A stretch of 64,000 bases of DNA from Bacteroidota bacterium (GTDB lineage: Bacteria; Bacteroidota; Bacteroidia; Chitinophagales; LD1), in contig CANJZE010000001.1 of NCBI GenBank assembly GCA_947479455.1, forward strand, positions 109,106-173,105. Reading direction: 5' to 3'. The notes beneath the pieces are model-generated. The model was not told the DNA's origin. It saw only the letters and a program-made list of their open reading frames with translations, and did no database searches. Shown here piece by piece: positions 45,036 to 53,329 of this stretch; the first letter of the stretch is position 1; each line of letters starts with the position of its first letter. Position numbers and translations under genes: made by a program.

Positions 45036-45917
45036 ATGAAAAAGAAACTCCTCATCACAGGTGCATCAGGCTTTCTCGGTTATCATGTATTGCGAGCCGC
45101 TGAAAACGATTGGGAAATATACGGCATCACCCACTCTAAAAATTTCAATTGCAAAAACGCCATTCCCATTTCCTGCGACATTCGCAACTACATTGAACTC
45201 GGCAACTTCATTGACGATATTGAACCCGATGCTATCATCCACACCGCGGCAATTGCCGATGCCAATTTTTGCGAACAGAACAAAGACTTGAGTTATGAAG
45301 TAAATGTAGAAGCCACCAAAAACTTAGCGGGCATTGGTGCCGATTACAATATTCCCTTTGCGTTTACTTCCACCGATTTAGCTTTTGATGGCGCGCAGGG
45401 CATGTATAAAGAAGACGCTCAAAAAAATCCTCTGAATGTTTATGGCGAACAAAAATCAATTGCCGAAGAAGAAGTGTTGCGCATTTATCCAAACGCCACA
45501 GTGTTTCGTTTACCGTTGATGTTCGGTGAACTCGAAGCAAGCCCGTCTAATTACTTGCAGAAATTTATTTCGCAAATAAAGAACGGAGAAAAAATCTCGC
45601 TCTTCCACGATGAATACAGAAGCGTATGCGGAGCAAAAAGTATAGCTAAAGGCATTTTGAAATTGCTGAACGAAAAAGGAATTATTCATTTAGCAGGAAA
45701 AGAAAAACTATCGCGTTATGAATTTGGTTTGAAAGCAGCCAAAGCATTTCAATTGAATGAAACACTACTACACTCCTGTTCGCAAAAAGATGTGAAGATG
45801 GCAGCCCCAAGACCTGCCGATGTATCGCTCGACATTTCAAAAGCAGTAAGTTTGGGCTTTGCTCCCTTGAACGCAGATGAAGAGTTGAAACTAATTGCCG
45901 ATAAAAAAATTATCTGA
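45036..45917 (+). CDS. extended SDR, RmlD (dTDP-4-dehydrorhamnose reductase)-like NAD(P)-dependent oxidoreductase
   Basis: ITGASGFLGYHV Rossmann motif, catalytic YGEQK. ~290 aa. Confidence 0.7.
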   Translation: MKKKLLITGASGFLGYHVLRAAENDWEIYGITHSKNFNCKNAIPISCDIRNYIELGNFIDDIEPDAIIHTAAIADANFCEQNKDLSYEVNVEATKNLAGIGADYNIPFAFTSTDLAFDGAQGMYKEDAQKNPLNVYGEQKSIAEEEVLRIYPNATVFRLPLMFGELEASPSNYLQKFISQIKNGEKISLFHDEYRSVCGAKSIAKGILKLLNEKGIIHLAGKEKLSRYEFGLKAAKAFQLNETLLHSCSQKDVKMAAPRPADVSLDISKAVSLGFAPLNADEELKLIADKKII

Positions 45918-46949
45918 GTGAAACATTCCCTTTCTATTTTCTGCCTGTTGTTCTTCTGCCTGCTAAATGCACAAAGTCAACACCAACCCTTCGATCGAAT
46001 TTTAAATCCGAGCCGTGTTATTTTTTACAACGTAGAAAATTTGTTCGATACGATTGATAATCCTGAAACGAATGATGCCGAATATCTTCCTACTTCAAAG
46101 AGTGAATGGAATACAAAGAAGTATCAGATAAAACTAAAACACACAGCAAAAACGCTTGCGGCTTTGCTCGATACCATTCAACCATTAGTAATTGGCTTAA
46201 GCGAAATTGAAAACAAAAAAGTGTTGGAAGATTTACTGGGGCAGCCGGATCTAAAGAAATTTAACTTTGGTATAGTACATCGCGACTCGCCCGATGAAAG
46301 AGGAATTGATTGCGCCATTCTTTACAACAAAGATGCGCTCAACGAATCATTCTCTGCTTTTATTCCAATCAATTTCCCCTTCGACCCGGGTGATGGGACC
46401 CGTGAAATTGTTTACCTCAAAGGTTATATCAACGAAGGTGAGCCTATTTGGTTTTTTGTAAATCACTGGCCCAGCCGCTTAGGAGGAAAAGAAAAAAGTG
46501 ATGCGAAGCGCGCGTATGTAGCGCAAGTGCTCAAAGACAAAATCGAAAATATTTACCTCGGTGAAAAGTATGCACGCATAGTAGTGATGGGCGATTTCAA
46601 CGATAATCCAAACGATTCTAGTTTATCAATTCTTTCGGTGGTGAAGAAAAAATCAAGAGCGGAGTTGATGATCAATTTGATGAAACCGCTTACAGGGCGA
46701 AATGAATTCTCACTTCGTTATAAAGCAGAGAATGACATCTTCGACCAGTTTATTGTTTCGCAAAATTTGCTCGACAGGAAGAATCCATATTACATGCGAT
46801 TAGATGGTGCACACATTTTCAATCCGCCTTTCCTTTTGTATAATGATCCTAAGTATGGCTTAGTCCCCAGTCGCACTTTTGCAAGAGGTAGATGGGTGGG
46901 CGGTTACAGCGACCACTTGCCAGTATATTTTGACATTACTTTTAGATAA
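45918..46949 (+). CDS. endonuclease/exonuclease/phosphatase (EEP) family protein, secreted
   Basis: GTG start overlapping the upstream stop. Signal peptide. FYNVENLFD, GLSEIEN, MGDFNDNP, YSDHLPV motifs. Confidence 0.75.
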   Translation: MKHSLSIFCLLFFCLLNAQSQHQPFDRILNPSRVIFYNVENLFDTIDNPETNDAEYLPTSKSEWNTKKYQIKLKHTAKTLAALLDTIQPLVIGLSEIENKKVLEDLLGQPDLKKFNFGIVHRDSPDERGIDCAILYNKDALNESFSAFIPINFPFDPGDGTREIVYLKGYINEGEPIWFFVNHWPSRLGGKEKSDAKRAYVAQVLKDKIENIYLGEKYARIVVMGDFNDNPNDSSLSILSVVKKKSRAELMINLMKPLTGRNEFSLRYKAENDIFDQFIVSQNLLDRKNPYYMRLDGAHIFNPPFLLYNDPKYGLVPSRTFARGRWVGGYSDHLPVYFDITFR

Positions 46950-46976
46950 GTAAACCTCATACCTATGAGATTCTTT

Positions 46977-47393
46977 TTAAGCCGGATACTCAAAATAATT
47001 TCTCTCAGTTTCCCAAAGGCGAACCTGTAAATCGTATTTCGCATCAATTTTTGCTCGAAGCAGATTATAGATGACTACCACAATATTTTCTCCGGTGGGA
47101 TTGAGGTCTTTGAATTCAGGGCAATCTAAGTTGAGGTTCCTATGATCAAAGCGTTTGTGCACTTGGTGCTGAATAATTGTTTTGACTTCATTCAAATCAA
47201 TCACGTATCCTGTTTCAGGATTTATTTCACCGGTAATTTTTACATCTAAACGATAGTTGTGACCGTGGAAATTTTCATTGGCACACAATCCGAACACTTC
47301 TTTGTTTTTTTCATCGCTCCAGTCTTTGCGAAAAAGTTTGTGAGCGGCATTGAAAGTTACTTTGCGAAAGACAGAAACTCTTGGGTGGGACAT
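46977..47393 (-). CDS. queD: 6-carboxy-5,6,7,8-tetrahydropterin synthase
   Basis: 138 aa with FNAAHKL and CANENFHGHNY (Cys/His zinc and catalytic motif). Confidence 0.85.
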   Translation of the reverse strand: MSHPRVSVFRKVTFNAAHKLFRKDWSDEKNKEVFGLCANENFHGHNYRLDVKITGEINPETGYVIDLNEVKTIIQHQVHKRFDHRNLNLDCPEFKDLNPTGENIVVVIYNLLRAKIDAKYDLQVRLWETERNYFEYPA

Positions 47394-47431
47394 AATTATT
47401 TAGATGATGAAGGTTGAAGGGCAAAGGTGTG

Positions 47432-47451
47432 AAAAAAATCTGCAAGCAGAT
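47432..47451 (-). terminator. weak intrinsic terminator after the methyltransferase gene
   Basis: Minus-sense atctgc-tt-gcagat followed by T7. The stem is short, so confidence is low. Confidence 0.4.
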
Positions 47452-47515
47452 AATATAAGGAAGCCGCTATCCAACCTACTAACTTGCTGAAATGGATTTC
47501 AACAGCAACAACAAA

Positions 47516-47558
47516 TTAGAAGCTTGTATTAAATTCCCCTTTAGGGGATTTAGGGGTC
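47516..47558 (-). repeat. junction hairpin element, copy F (forms the last 13 codons and stop of the methyltransferase ORF)
   Basis: Minus-sense aCCCCTaaat-CCCCTaaa-GGGG-aatttaatacaagcttcTAA. The 22-nt core is identical to copy E. Confidence 0.75.
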
Positions 47559-48721
47559 ATCAATCTTTCCAACTCATGCTGTTCAATACCGAAAAGCATT
47601 TTTAAACTTTTTACTTGTTCCAAAATTTCTTGCCGAAGAACTTTTTCTGTGCTTGTTTTTACACCAACTATCAAAATATTTTTTGGCGTGTGTTCCGTTG
47701 AAATAAATTCAAACACTTTTGTTTTGTAGCCGTGCGCTTCTAAAATAAGGGCGCGAATAGTATCGGTAAGAATTTCAGCTTGCCGCTCTTCGAGAATTCC
47801 AAATTGCGTAATAGCTTTTAAATCATTAGCCGGCTGAATTTGTTTGCGAATTTGTTTATGGCAACAAGGCGCGCAGATAATCACTCTGGCTTCCGCTTTT
47901 ATTCCGCGGTAAATTGCCTGGTCTGTGGCAGTGTCGCAGGCGTGCAATGCAATCAGCATATCTGTAACTGGCAATTCAGCGGTATCAATAGAACCGGTTT
48001 GGAAATTCAGTTTTACGAAGCCTGCTTTCTGCGCAATTTGATTGCAGGTATCCACCAAATTCTGTCGCATTTCAATGCCAGTAATTTGCGGACTAAGATT
48101 TAAAACATTAGTGAGGTAATCATACAAAGCAAAAGTGAGATAACCTTTCCCCGCACCCATGTCGGCAATTTGAAAATTAGCGGGCAACGCAGCCGATTCA
48201 ACAATGCTCTCCACAATTTCTACATACTTATTTATTTGCCGAAACTTATCCTGCTTATCGCTCTTTACTTTTCCTTCGGCAGAAGCAATACCAAGTTCAC
48301 GCAAATAAATATTGTTCTCCGTTTTTACATATCGCTTCCTGGCTTTGTCGTGCTCGGTAGAAGGCGGCTCAGTGATTCCTGCCGACTTTTGTGTGAGAAT
48401 TGTTTTACCGCTTTTCATAATCGTTAGATGAAAATCTTTTGCAGTAGTAAACAAGTCAGCTTTAAAAAAATCTTTGTCGAGCATGTGTTGAAGCGTGGTG
48501 ATTGCTTCGGCCACCCCATAGTTTTTGGTAACGTCCTTAGTGGGATAACGATACACAAACGAAAGATTGAATCCAGATTTTAGTTGAACAGGTTTTACAA
48601 AAACATTTTTGAGTTCGTTGCTTTTGTAGCGTCTGTCGCTAAGCGTAAGTTTTATGAATTGATTTTGAGAAACACTTTCCCGCAGAGAAGAGAAAAATAT
48701 TTCTGTATCATTTATTTGCAT
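47516..48721 (-). CDS. class I SAM-dependent methyltransferase (large, N-terminal extension domain)
   Basis: IADMGAGKGYLTFAL SAM-binding motif I. 401 aa. The C-terminal TPKSPKGEFNTSF is repeat-encoded. Confidence 0.75.
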   Translation of the reverse strand: MQINDTEIFFSSLRESVSQNQFIKLTLSDRRYKSNELKNVFVKPVQLKSGFNLSFVYRYPTKDVTKNYGVAEAITTLQHMLDKDFFKADLFTTAKDFHLTIMKSGKTILTQKSAGITEPPSTEHDKARKRYVKTENNIYLRELGIASAEGKVKSDKQDKFRQINKYVEIVESIVESAALPANFQIADMGAGKGYLTFALYDYLTNVLNLSPQITGIEMRQNLVDTCNQIAQKAGFVKLNFQTGSIDTAELPVTDMLIALHACDTATDQAIYRGIKAEARVIICAPCCHKQIRKQIQPANDLKAITQFGILEERQAEILTDTIRALILEAHGYKTKVFEFISTEHTPKNILIVGVKTSTEKVLRQEILEQVKSLKMLFGIEQHELERLMTPKSPKGEFNTSF

Positions 48722-48843
48722 GCGGCAATTTTAGGGAAGTTAAAATGGAAAGCAGAAAAAACTCTGTTGCAACTCTTTTATGTATGGATTAAACTTATTT
48801 CTTTAGTGCCTGACACACATTAATGAAATAAATTTTACCGCTT

Positions 48844-49713
48844 ATGCGCCAGCTTAAGATTACTAAGAGCATCACCAATCGTGAGAGTGCTTCACTAGAA
48901 AGGTATTTACAGGAAATTAGTCGTGTTGAATTGATTACTGCCGAAGAGGAAGTTCAATTAGCGCGAAAAATTAAAACAGGCGACACCAACGCACTTGAAA
49001 AATTGACGAAAGCAAATTTGCGTTTCGTGGTTTCAGTAGCCAAGCAATATCAAAACCAAGGGCTCACACTTCCCGATTTAATTAACGAAGGAAATTTGGG
49101 TTTAATAAAAGCTGCTGAACGATTTGATGAAACACGCGGCTTCAAGTTTATTTCTTACGCGGTGTGGTGGATTCGTCAAGCTATTATGCAAGAGTTAGCA
49201 GAACAATCGCGCATTATTCGTTTGCCATTAAACAAAGTAGGCGCATTGAATAAAATCAACAAAGCATTTGTGCAGCTTGAACAGGAGTTTGAACGCGAAC
49301 CAACGCCAGAAGAATTAGCAAGCTTGTTGAATATTGAAATAGATGAAGTGCGCGCCACTATTGGTGTTGCAGGCAGGCATGTGTCAATGGATGCGCCATT
49401 TGTAAAAGGTGAAGAAAATTCGTTACTCGATGTGTTGGAAAATTCTCATGCAGAAGCTACAGATAAGCAAGTAACGTTCAGCGAATCATTGCGCTGCGAA
49501 ATTGAACGAACCCTTACTACCCTAAGCGGGCGGCAAGCCGAAGTAGTAAAACTTTTTTTCGGTATTGGGTTGGAAGAGCCCATGAGTTTAGATGATATAG
49601 GCAATCGTTTTGACCTCACACGCGAACGTGTTCGGCAAATAAAAGACAAGGCCTTACTACGATTGAAATCATCTTCGCGTTGCAAGCATTTAAAGTCTTA
49701 CCTCGGCACTTAA
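48844..49713 (+). CDS. rpoD: primary RNA polymerase sigma factor (short Bacteroidota RpoD/SigA)
   Basis: Region 2 [27 protein letters not shown] and region 4.2 [15 protein letters not shown]. 289 aa. Confidence 0.92.
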   Translation: MRQLKITKSITNRESASLERYLQEISRVELITAEEEVQLARKIKTGDTNALEKLTKANLRFVVSVAKQYQNQGLTLPDLINEGNLGLIKAAERFDETRGFKFISYAVWWIRQAIMQELAEQSRIIRLPLNKVGALNKINKAFVQLEQEFEREPTPEELASLLNIEIDEVRATIGVAGRHVSMDAPFVKGEENSLLDVLENSHAEATDKQVTFSESLRCEIERTLTTLSGRQAEVVKLFFGIGLEEPMSLDDIGNRFDLTRERVRQIKDKALLRLKSSSRCKHLKSYLGT

Positions 49714-49724
49714 ATCTGTAGCAG

Positions 49725-50078
49725 CTAAAAGGTAAATTCCTTAGGCGCGAGTTTTATTTTTCTATCACCTTTGCTCAACATTATTTCGTCAAAAACAAGT
49801 TTGTCCCCTTTAGCAGCTCGCGAAATAAACGAACGAAGTTGAGGCGAGAAAAGCACATCGGGTCTTCCGCCCATCTTAAAAATTTCTCCCTTTGTAGTAA
49901 AAACAACTTCATAAGAAATCACTTTGTATGCAGTAGGCAATGCAAGTGCTTCTTCAATCGTTTTAAATTTTAAAAAAGAAGTATCAATCGGTAAATTTTT
50001 CGTATCCGCTTTAGCAACCTGCGCAACAGAAATAAAATAGAAGAAACAGAAAGCAACAAGAGTGATAGCTTTTTTCAT
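49725..50078 (-). CDS. hypothetical small secreted protein
   Basis: Signal peptide MKKAITLVAFCFFYFISVAQ. No recognised domain. Confidence 0.5.
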   Translation of the reverse strand: MKKAITLVAFCFFYFISVAQVAKADTKNLPIDTSFLKFKTIEEALALPTAYKVISYEVVFTTKGEIFKMGGRPDVLFSPQLRSFISRAAKGDKLVFDEIMLSKGDRKIKLAPKEFTF

Positions 50079-50166
50079 TGCACTAAATTTTAGTAATTAC
50101 CTAAAATTAAAAGATTGAAGTCGGTTTTGCCTGAAAAATTATTTTCGCAGTACTAAAAAATGAATC

Positions 50167-51387
50167 ATGAGTTTGAAAACAGTAGAACACTTCAACTTTG
50201 CAGGAAAGCGCGCTTTAGTTCGAGTAGACTTTAATATTCCGCTCGATAAACAGTACAACATTACAGATGATAGCCGTATTCGCGGAGCAGTTCCTACCAT
50301 TCAAAAAATTTTGAAAGATGGCGGAAGCGTTGTGCTGATGAGTCACCTTGGAAGACCGTTGAAAAAGCTGAAAGAAGATGGCACGGTTGACTTTGCAAAG
50401 CACACCCTGAAACATGCCGTAAAGAGAAGTTCGGAACTACTTGGTGTGGATGTAAAATTTGTGGCTGATTGTATGAGCGATGAAGCGTTTGCACTTTCGT
50501 CTTCAATAAAAGCGGGAGAAGTTTTGTTGCTGGAGAATCTTCGCTTTTATAAGGAAGAAGAAAAAGGTGATGCCACATTTGCAGAAAAACTTTCGAAGCA
50601 TGGTGATGTTTATGTGAACGATGCTTTTGGAACTGCGCATCGTGCACATGCTTCTACCACCATTGTTGCCAATTATTTTTCGGAGCAGAATAAAATGTTC
50701 GGTTACCTGATGGCCAATGAAGTAACAAGTGCTGAAAAAGTTTTGAAGAGCGGAGATGTGCCCTTCACGGCCATTCTTGGCGGAGCAAAGGTGAGTGACA
50801 AAATTCTAATCATCGAAAACCTGTTAGACAAAGCCAACAATATTTTGATTGGAGGCGGCATGGCTTATACTTTTTTTAAAGCGATGGGAGGTAAAATCGG
50901 AAACAGTTTAGTGGAAGAAGACAAACTCGAACTCGCGCTTCAGCTCATTGAAAAAGCAAAGTCGAAAAATGTAAATCTACTTTTACCGGTTGACAGTGTG
51001 ATTGCCGACAAGTTTGATGCTACTGCAAATACTTCTACAGCAAACAGCAATGAAATTGCTGATGGCTGGATGGGATTAGACATTGCAAACAATGCGATTT
51101 ATGATTTCACGCAAGTCATTCTTTCTTCCAAAATAATTTTGTGGAATGGTCCCATGGGTGTTTTTGAAATGGAGAAATTTCAACACGGCACAAAAGCAAT
51201 TGCAGAAGCAGTAGCATTGGCTACTTCAAAAGGTGCTTTTAGTTTAGTTGGTGGTGGCGATAGTGTTGCAGCCGTTCATAAATTTAATTTGGCTGATAAA
51301 GTGAGTTACGTTTCTACAGGTGGTGGTGCTATGCTCGAATATTTTGAAGGGAAAGAATTGCCGGGGATTAAAGCGATTAACCCCTAA
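50167..51387 (+). CDS. pgk: phosphoglycerate kinase
   Basis: [25 protein letters not shown] and GGGDS motifs. The stop codon lies inside repeat E. Confidence 0.95.
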   Translation: MSLKTVEHFNFAGKRALVRVDFNIPLDKQYNITDDSRIRGAVPTIQKILKDGGSVVLMSHLGRPLKKLKEDGTVDFAKHTLKHAVKRSSELLGVDVKFVADCMSDEAFALSSSIKAGEVLLLENLRFYKEEEKGDATFAEKLSKHGDVYVNDAFGTAHRAHASTTIVANYFSEQNKMFGYLMANEVTSAEKVLKSGDVPFTAILGGAKVSDKILIIENLLDKANNILIGGGMAYTFFKAMGGKIGNSLVEEDKLELALQLIEKAKSKNVNLLLPVDSVIADKFDATANTSTANSNEIADGWMGLDIANNAIYDFTQVILSSKIILWNGPMGVFEMEKFQHGTKAIAEAVALATSKGAFSLVGGGDSVAAVHKFNLADKVSYVSTGGGAMLEYFEGKELPGIKAINP

Positions 51388-51426
51388 ATCCCCTAAAGGG
51401 GACTTGAATACAAAATACAAGTAAAC
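51381..51426 (+). repeat. junction hairpin element, copy E
   Basis: CCCCTaaat-CCCCTaaa-GGGG-acttgaatacaaaatacaagtaaac. The first TAA is the pgk stop codon. Confidence 0.75.
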
Positions 51427-51866
51427 TACATCAACCTTCTGTGATAATTAATTTGCCCAATATGATAATTGAGATGAGACAACAAATGAAGAAGCATTTC
51501 TTCGGTGCTTACTCGTTTATCGTGTTTTAAAAGTGGAAACTCTTTTGCAAAATCCTCTTCCTTCATTTGGCTTAAAGTGTTTCTAATCATTTCAATTGTC
51601 TTATCAATTTCGGCTAAAAGATTTTCGCGCGAAATATTTTTAAAGGTGAATTCGTTTTCGCGATGACGCACATAACCTGTGTTACCCAAGGTTGCCCCAA
51701 TAAAATGATTGAGGTTGCCAATTAAATGCAAACACAAATTTCCGGCAGAGTTGCTGACCTGTCCGCGCACCGACCACAACGCCTTTTCATCGTTATACAA
51801 ATTGATTTCAGCCTTCAGTTGAAGCAAATTTCTATCATAAATTTCAGTGAGCGATTGATGGAGCAT
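51426..51866 (-). CDS. DinB-family / DUF1572-like protein
   Basis: 146-aa four-helix pattern with LCLHLIGNLNHFIG ... LLHLLSHLNYHIGQI histidines. Confidence 0.65.
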   Translation of the reverse strand: MLHQSLTEIYDRNLLQLKAEINLYNDEKALWSVRGQVSNSAGNLCLHLIGNLNHFIGATLGNTGYVRHRENEFTFKNISRENLLAEIDKTIEMIRNTLSQMKEEDFAKEFPLLKHDKRVSTEEMLLHLLSHLNYHIGQINYHRRLM

Positions 51867-52005
51867 AGTTTCAGTTTATATCTCAAAAATAAGAACGAAT
51901 TGTTACGTGTTATACCAGTTTATGCACTTTGAACACCCGATAACTCGCCCTCTTTTGACTTGACAAGGTTTTTCCGTGAATATATCTTAGCGGAAACTTT
52001 TAAAG

Positions 52006-52761
52006 ATGAAACCTCTATTCACACGACTACTTAGTTTCGTATTTACCACATCATTTTCGCAAATGGCTTCGGTAACTAAGCGCACCGATTTCACCGTTTC
52101 CATTGATGAAAATACAGTCGTAAAGGATAAGAACGGTCAGCGCTTGCCTTATGCGCTTGTGATGAAATTGATGGCAACCGGTCAATACACTATTGACTTA
52201 GTAAAAGACAATCACGGCAATGCGATTGAATGCAAACTGCGCGAGGCGAAAAAAGAAGATGCTGGCAAACGCGAAACATATATGCGCACACCAGGTACCG
52301 AAAACCTTCCTAAACCGTTGGTGGGTCAAATGCTTCCGAATTTTGAAATGGGAACTTTAGATGGCAAGTTGATTACTACTGATGAGATTAAAGGAAAAGT
52401 AACAGTGCTTTGCTTTTGGTATAGCAACTGCAAAACGTGCATCAACGAAATTCCTTTGCTCAATGAGCTGAACAATAAATATGCATCAACATCCGATGTA
52501 GTTTTTCTTGCACCTACCATTGATTACCGCGATTCAGTTTCGCAGTTCATCAACTCGCATCCTTTCAACTATACCGTTTGTCCTTATGCAACAGCATTGA
52601 CTGATGCATTGAAAGTTGAAATCTATCCAACTCACTTAGTAGTTGGTCGCGATGGAAGAATTATCAGTTCTTATTCGGGTGGTTTGCCCGGTGTAGATGA
52701 TTTAATCAAGCGCGACATTGATACTGCGCTTAAAAAATCACTTTCAATGGTGGGGAACTAA
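52006..52761 (+). CDS. TlpA/redoxin-family thiol:disulfide oxidoreductase, exported
   Basis: Signal-like N-terminus and a thioredoxin fold with WYSNCKTC (CxxC). Confidence 0.75.
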   Translation: MKPLFTRLLSFVFTTSFSQMASVTKRTDFTVSIDENTVVKDKNGQRLPYALVMKLMATGQYTIDLVKDNHGNAIECKLREAKKEDAGKRETYMRTPGTENLPKPLVGQMLPNFEMGTLDGKLITTDEIKGKVTVLCFWYSNCKTCINEIPLLNELNNKYASTSDVVFLAPTIDYRDSVSQFINSHPFNYTVCPYATALTDALKVEIYPTHLVVGRDGRIISSYSGGLPGVDDLIKRDIDTALKKSLSMVGN

Positions 52762-52792
52762 TTGTTGGGATACCTTTTCATTTCATAAGGAA

Positions 52793-53311
52793 TCACGGAA
52801 AATATTTATTCATCAAAATATTATCAATGTTATCCTCCTGTTGATGACAACTGATACAGTCTTTCCCTTTCTTAGCAGCTGATATTTCTACATTTCCATC
52901 TGCTGAAACAGCATTCCAAATCCATCCATTTTCATCGGCATCAGTAGCCCCTGTTTTTTTGTAAAGCATGGTATAAACCTTTATCGCTCCATTTTTGTCA
53001 CACATTTCTTTCACAATCAACGAACCTTCATCGAAGGATGCTCCTTTTCTTACTTTACCATACACCGTAAGTCTGCTAGCTGCAATAGAGTTAAAGCGGG
53101 TTTTTATGAACGGCAACTTGTGCGCGCTCCCCGGGCTTTTCGGTAATAAAGTATCTGAAAATTTATACCAGATAAAGCCGGTAGTGTCTTTCGCCATTTT
53201 GTAAAGCTGGCGGTCGGTGCCGGTAGCCGGCTTTTTTTTGCACGAATGAATGAGAAGCACACATGCCATGCAAAAAAACAAATAGATGATGGTTCTTAGC
53301 TTAGATTGCAT
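52793..53311 (-). CDS. cytochrome P460-like haem-binding lipoprotein
   Basis: Lipobox LLIHSC. Single CxxCH (CISCH) near the C-terminus of a ~170-aa protein, as in the P460 family. Confidence 0.55.
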   Translation of the reverse strand: MQSKLRTIIYLFFCMACVLLIHSCKKKPATGTDRQLYKMAKDTTGFIWYKFSDTLLPKSPGSAHKLPFIKTRFNSIAASRLTVYGKVRKGASFDEGSLIVKEMCDKNGAIKVYTMLYKKTGATDADENGWIWNAVSADGNVEISAAKKGKDCISCHQQEDNIDNILMNKYFP

Positions 53312-53329
53312 TCTGTTTATTTTCTGTTT

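Noticed and set aside
42766-46949. A complete bacterial sterol biosynthesis cluster around the ERG4/ERG24 homologue.
   Set aside because: No oxidosqualene cyclase, squalene epoxidase, demethylase or methyltransferase genes are present in the window. Only the single reductase homologue is supported.
46956-46978. Short hairpin ctcata-cc-tatgag plus a T-rich run, as a terminator for the EEP gene.
   Set aside because: The stem is at most 5-6 AT-rich base pairs with a 2-4-nt loop, and it overlaps the queD stop codon. Too weak to report as a feature.
46977-48721. queD plus the adjacent large SAM methyltransferase as part of a 7-deazaguanine DNA-modification or defence island.
   Set aside because: No queC, queE, folE, a tgt/dpdA-like transglycosylase, or restriction components are present. 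A housekeeping queuosine role is the simpler reading.
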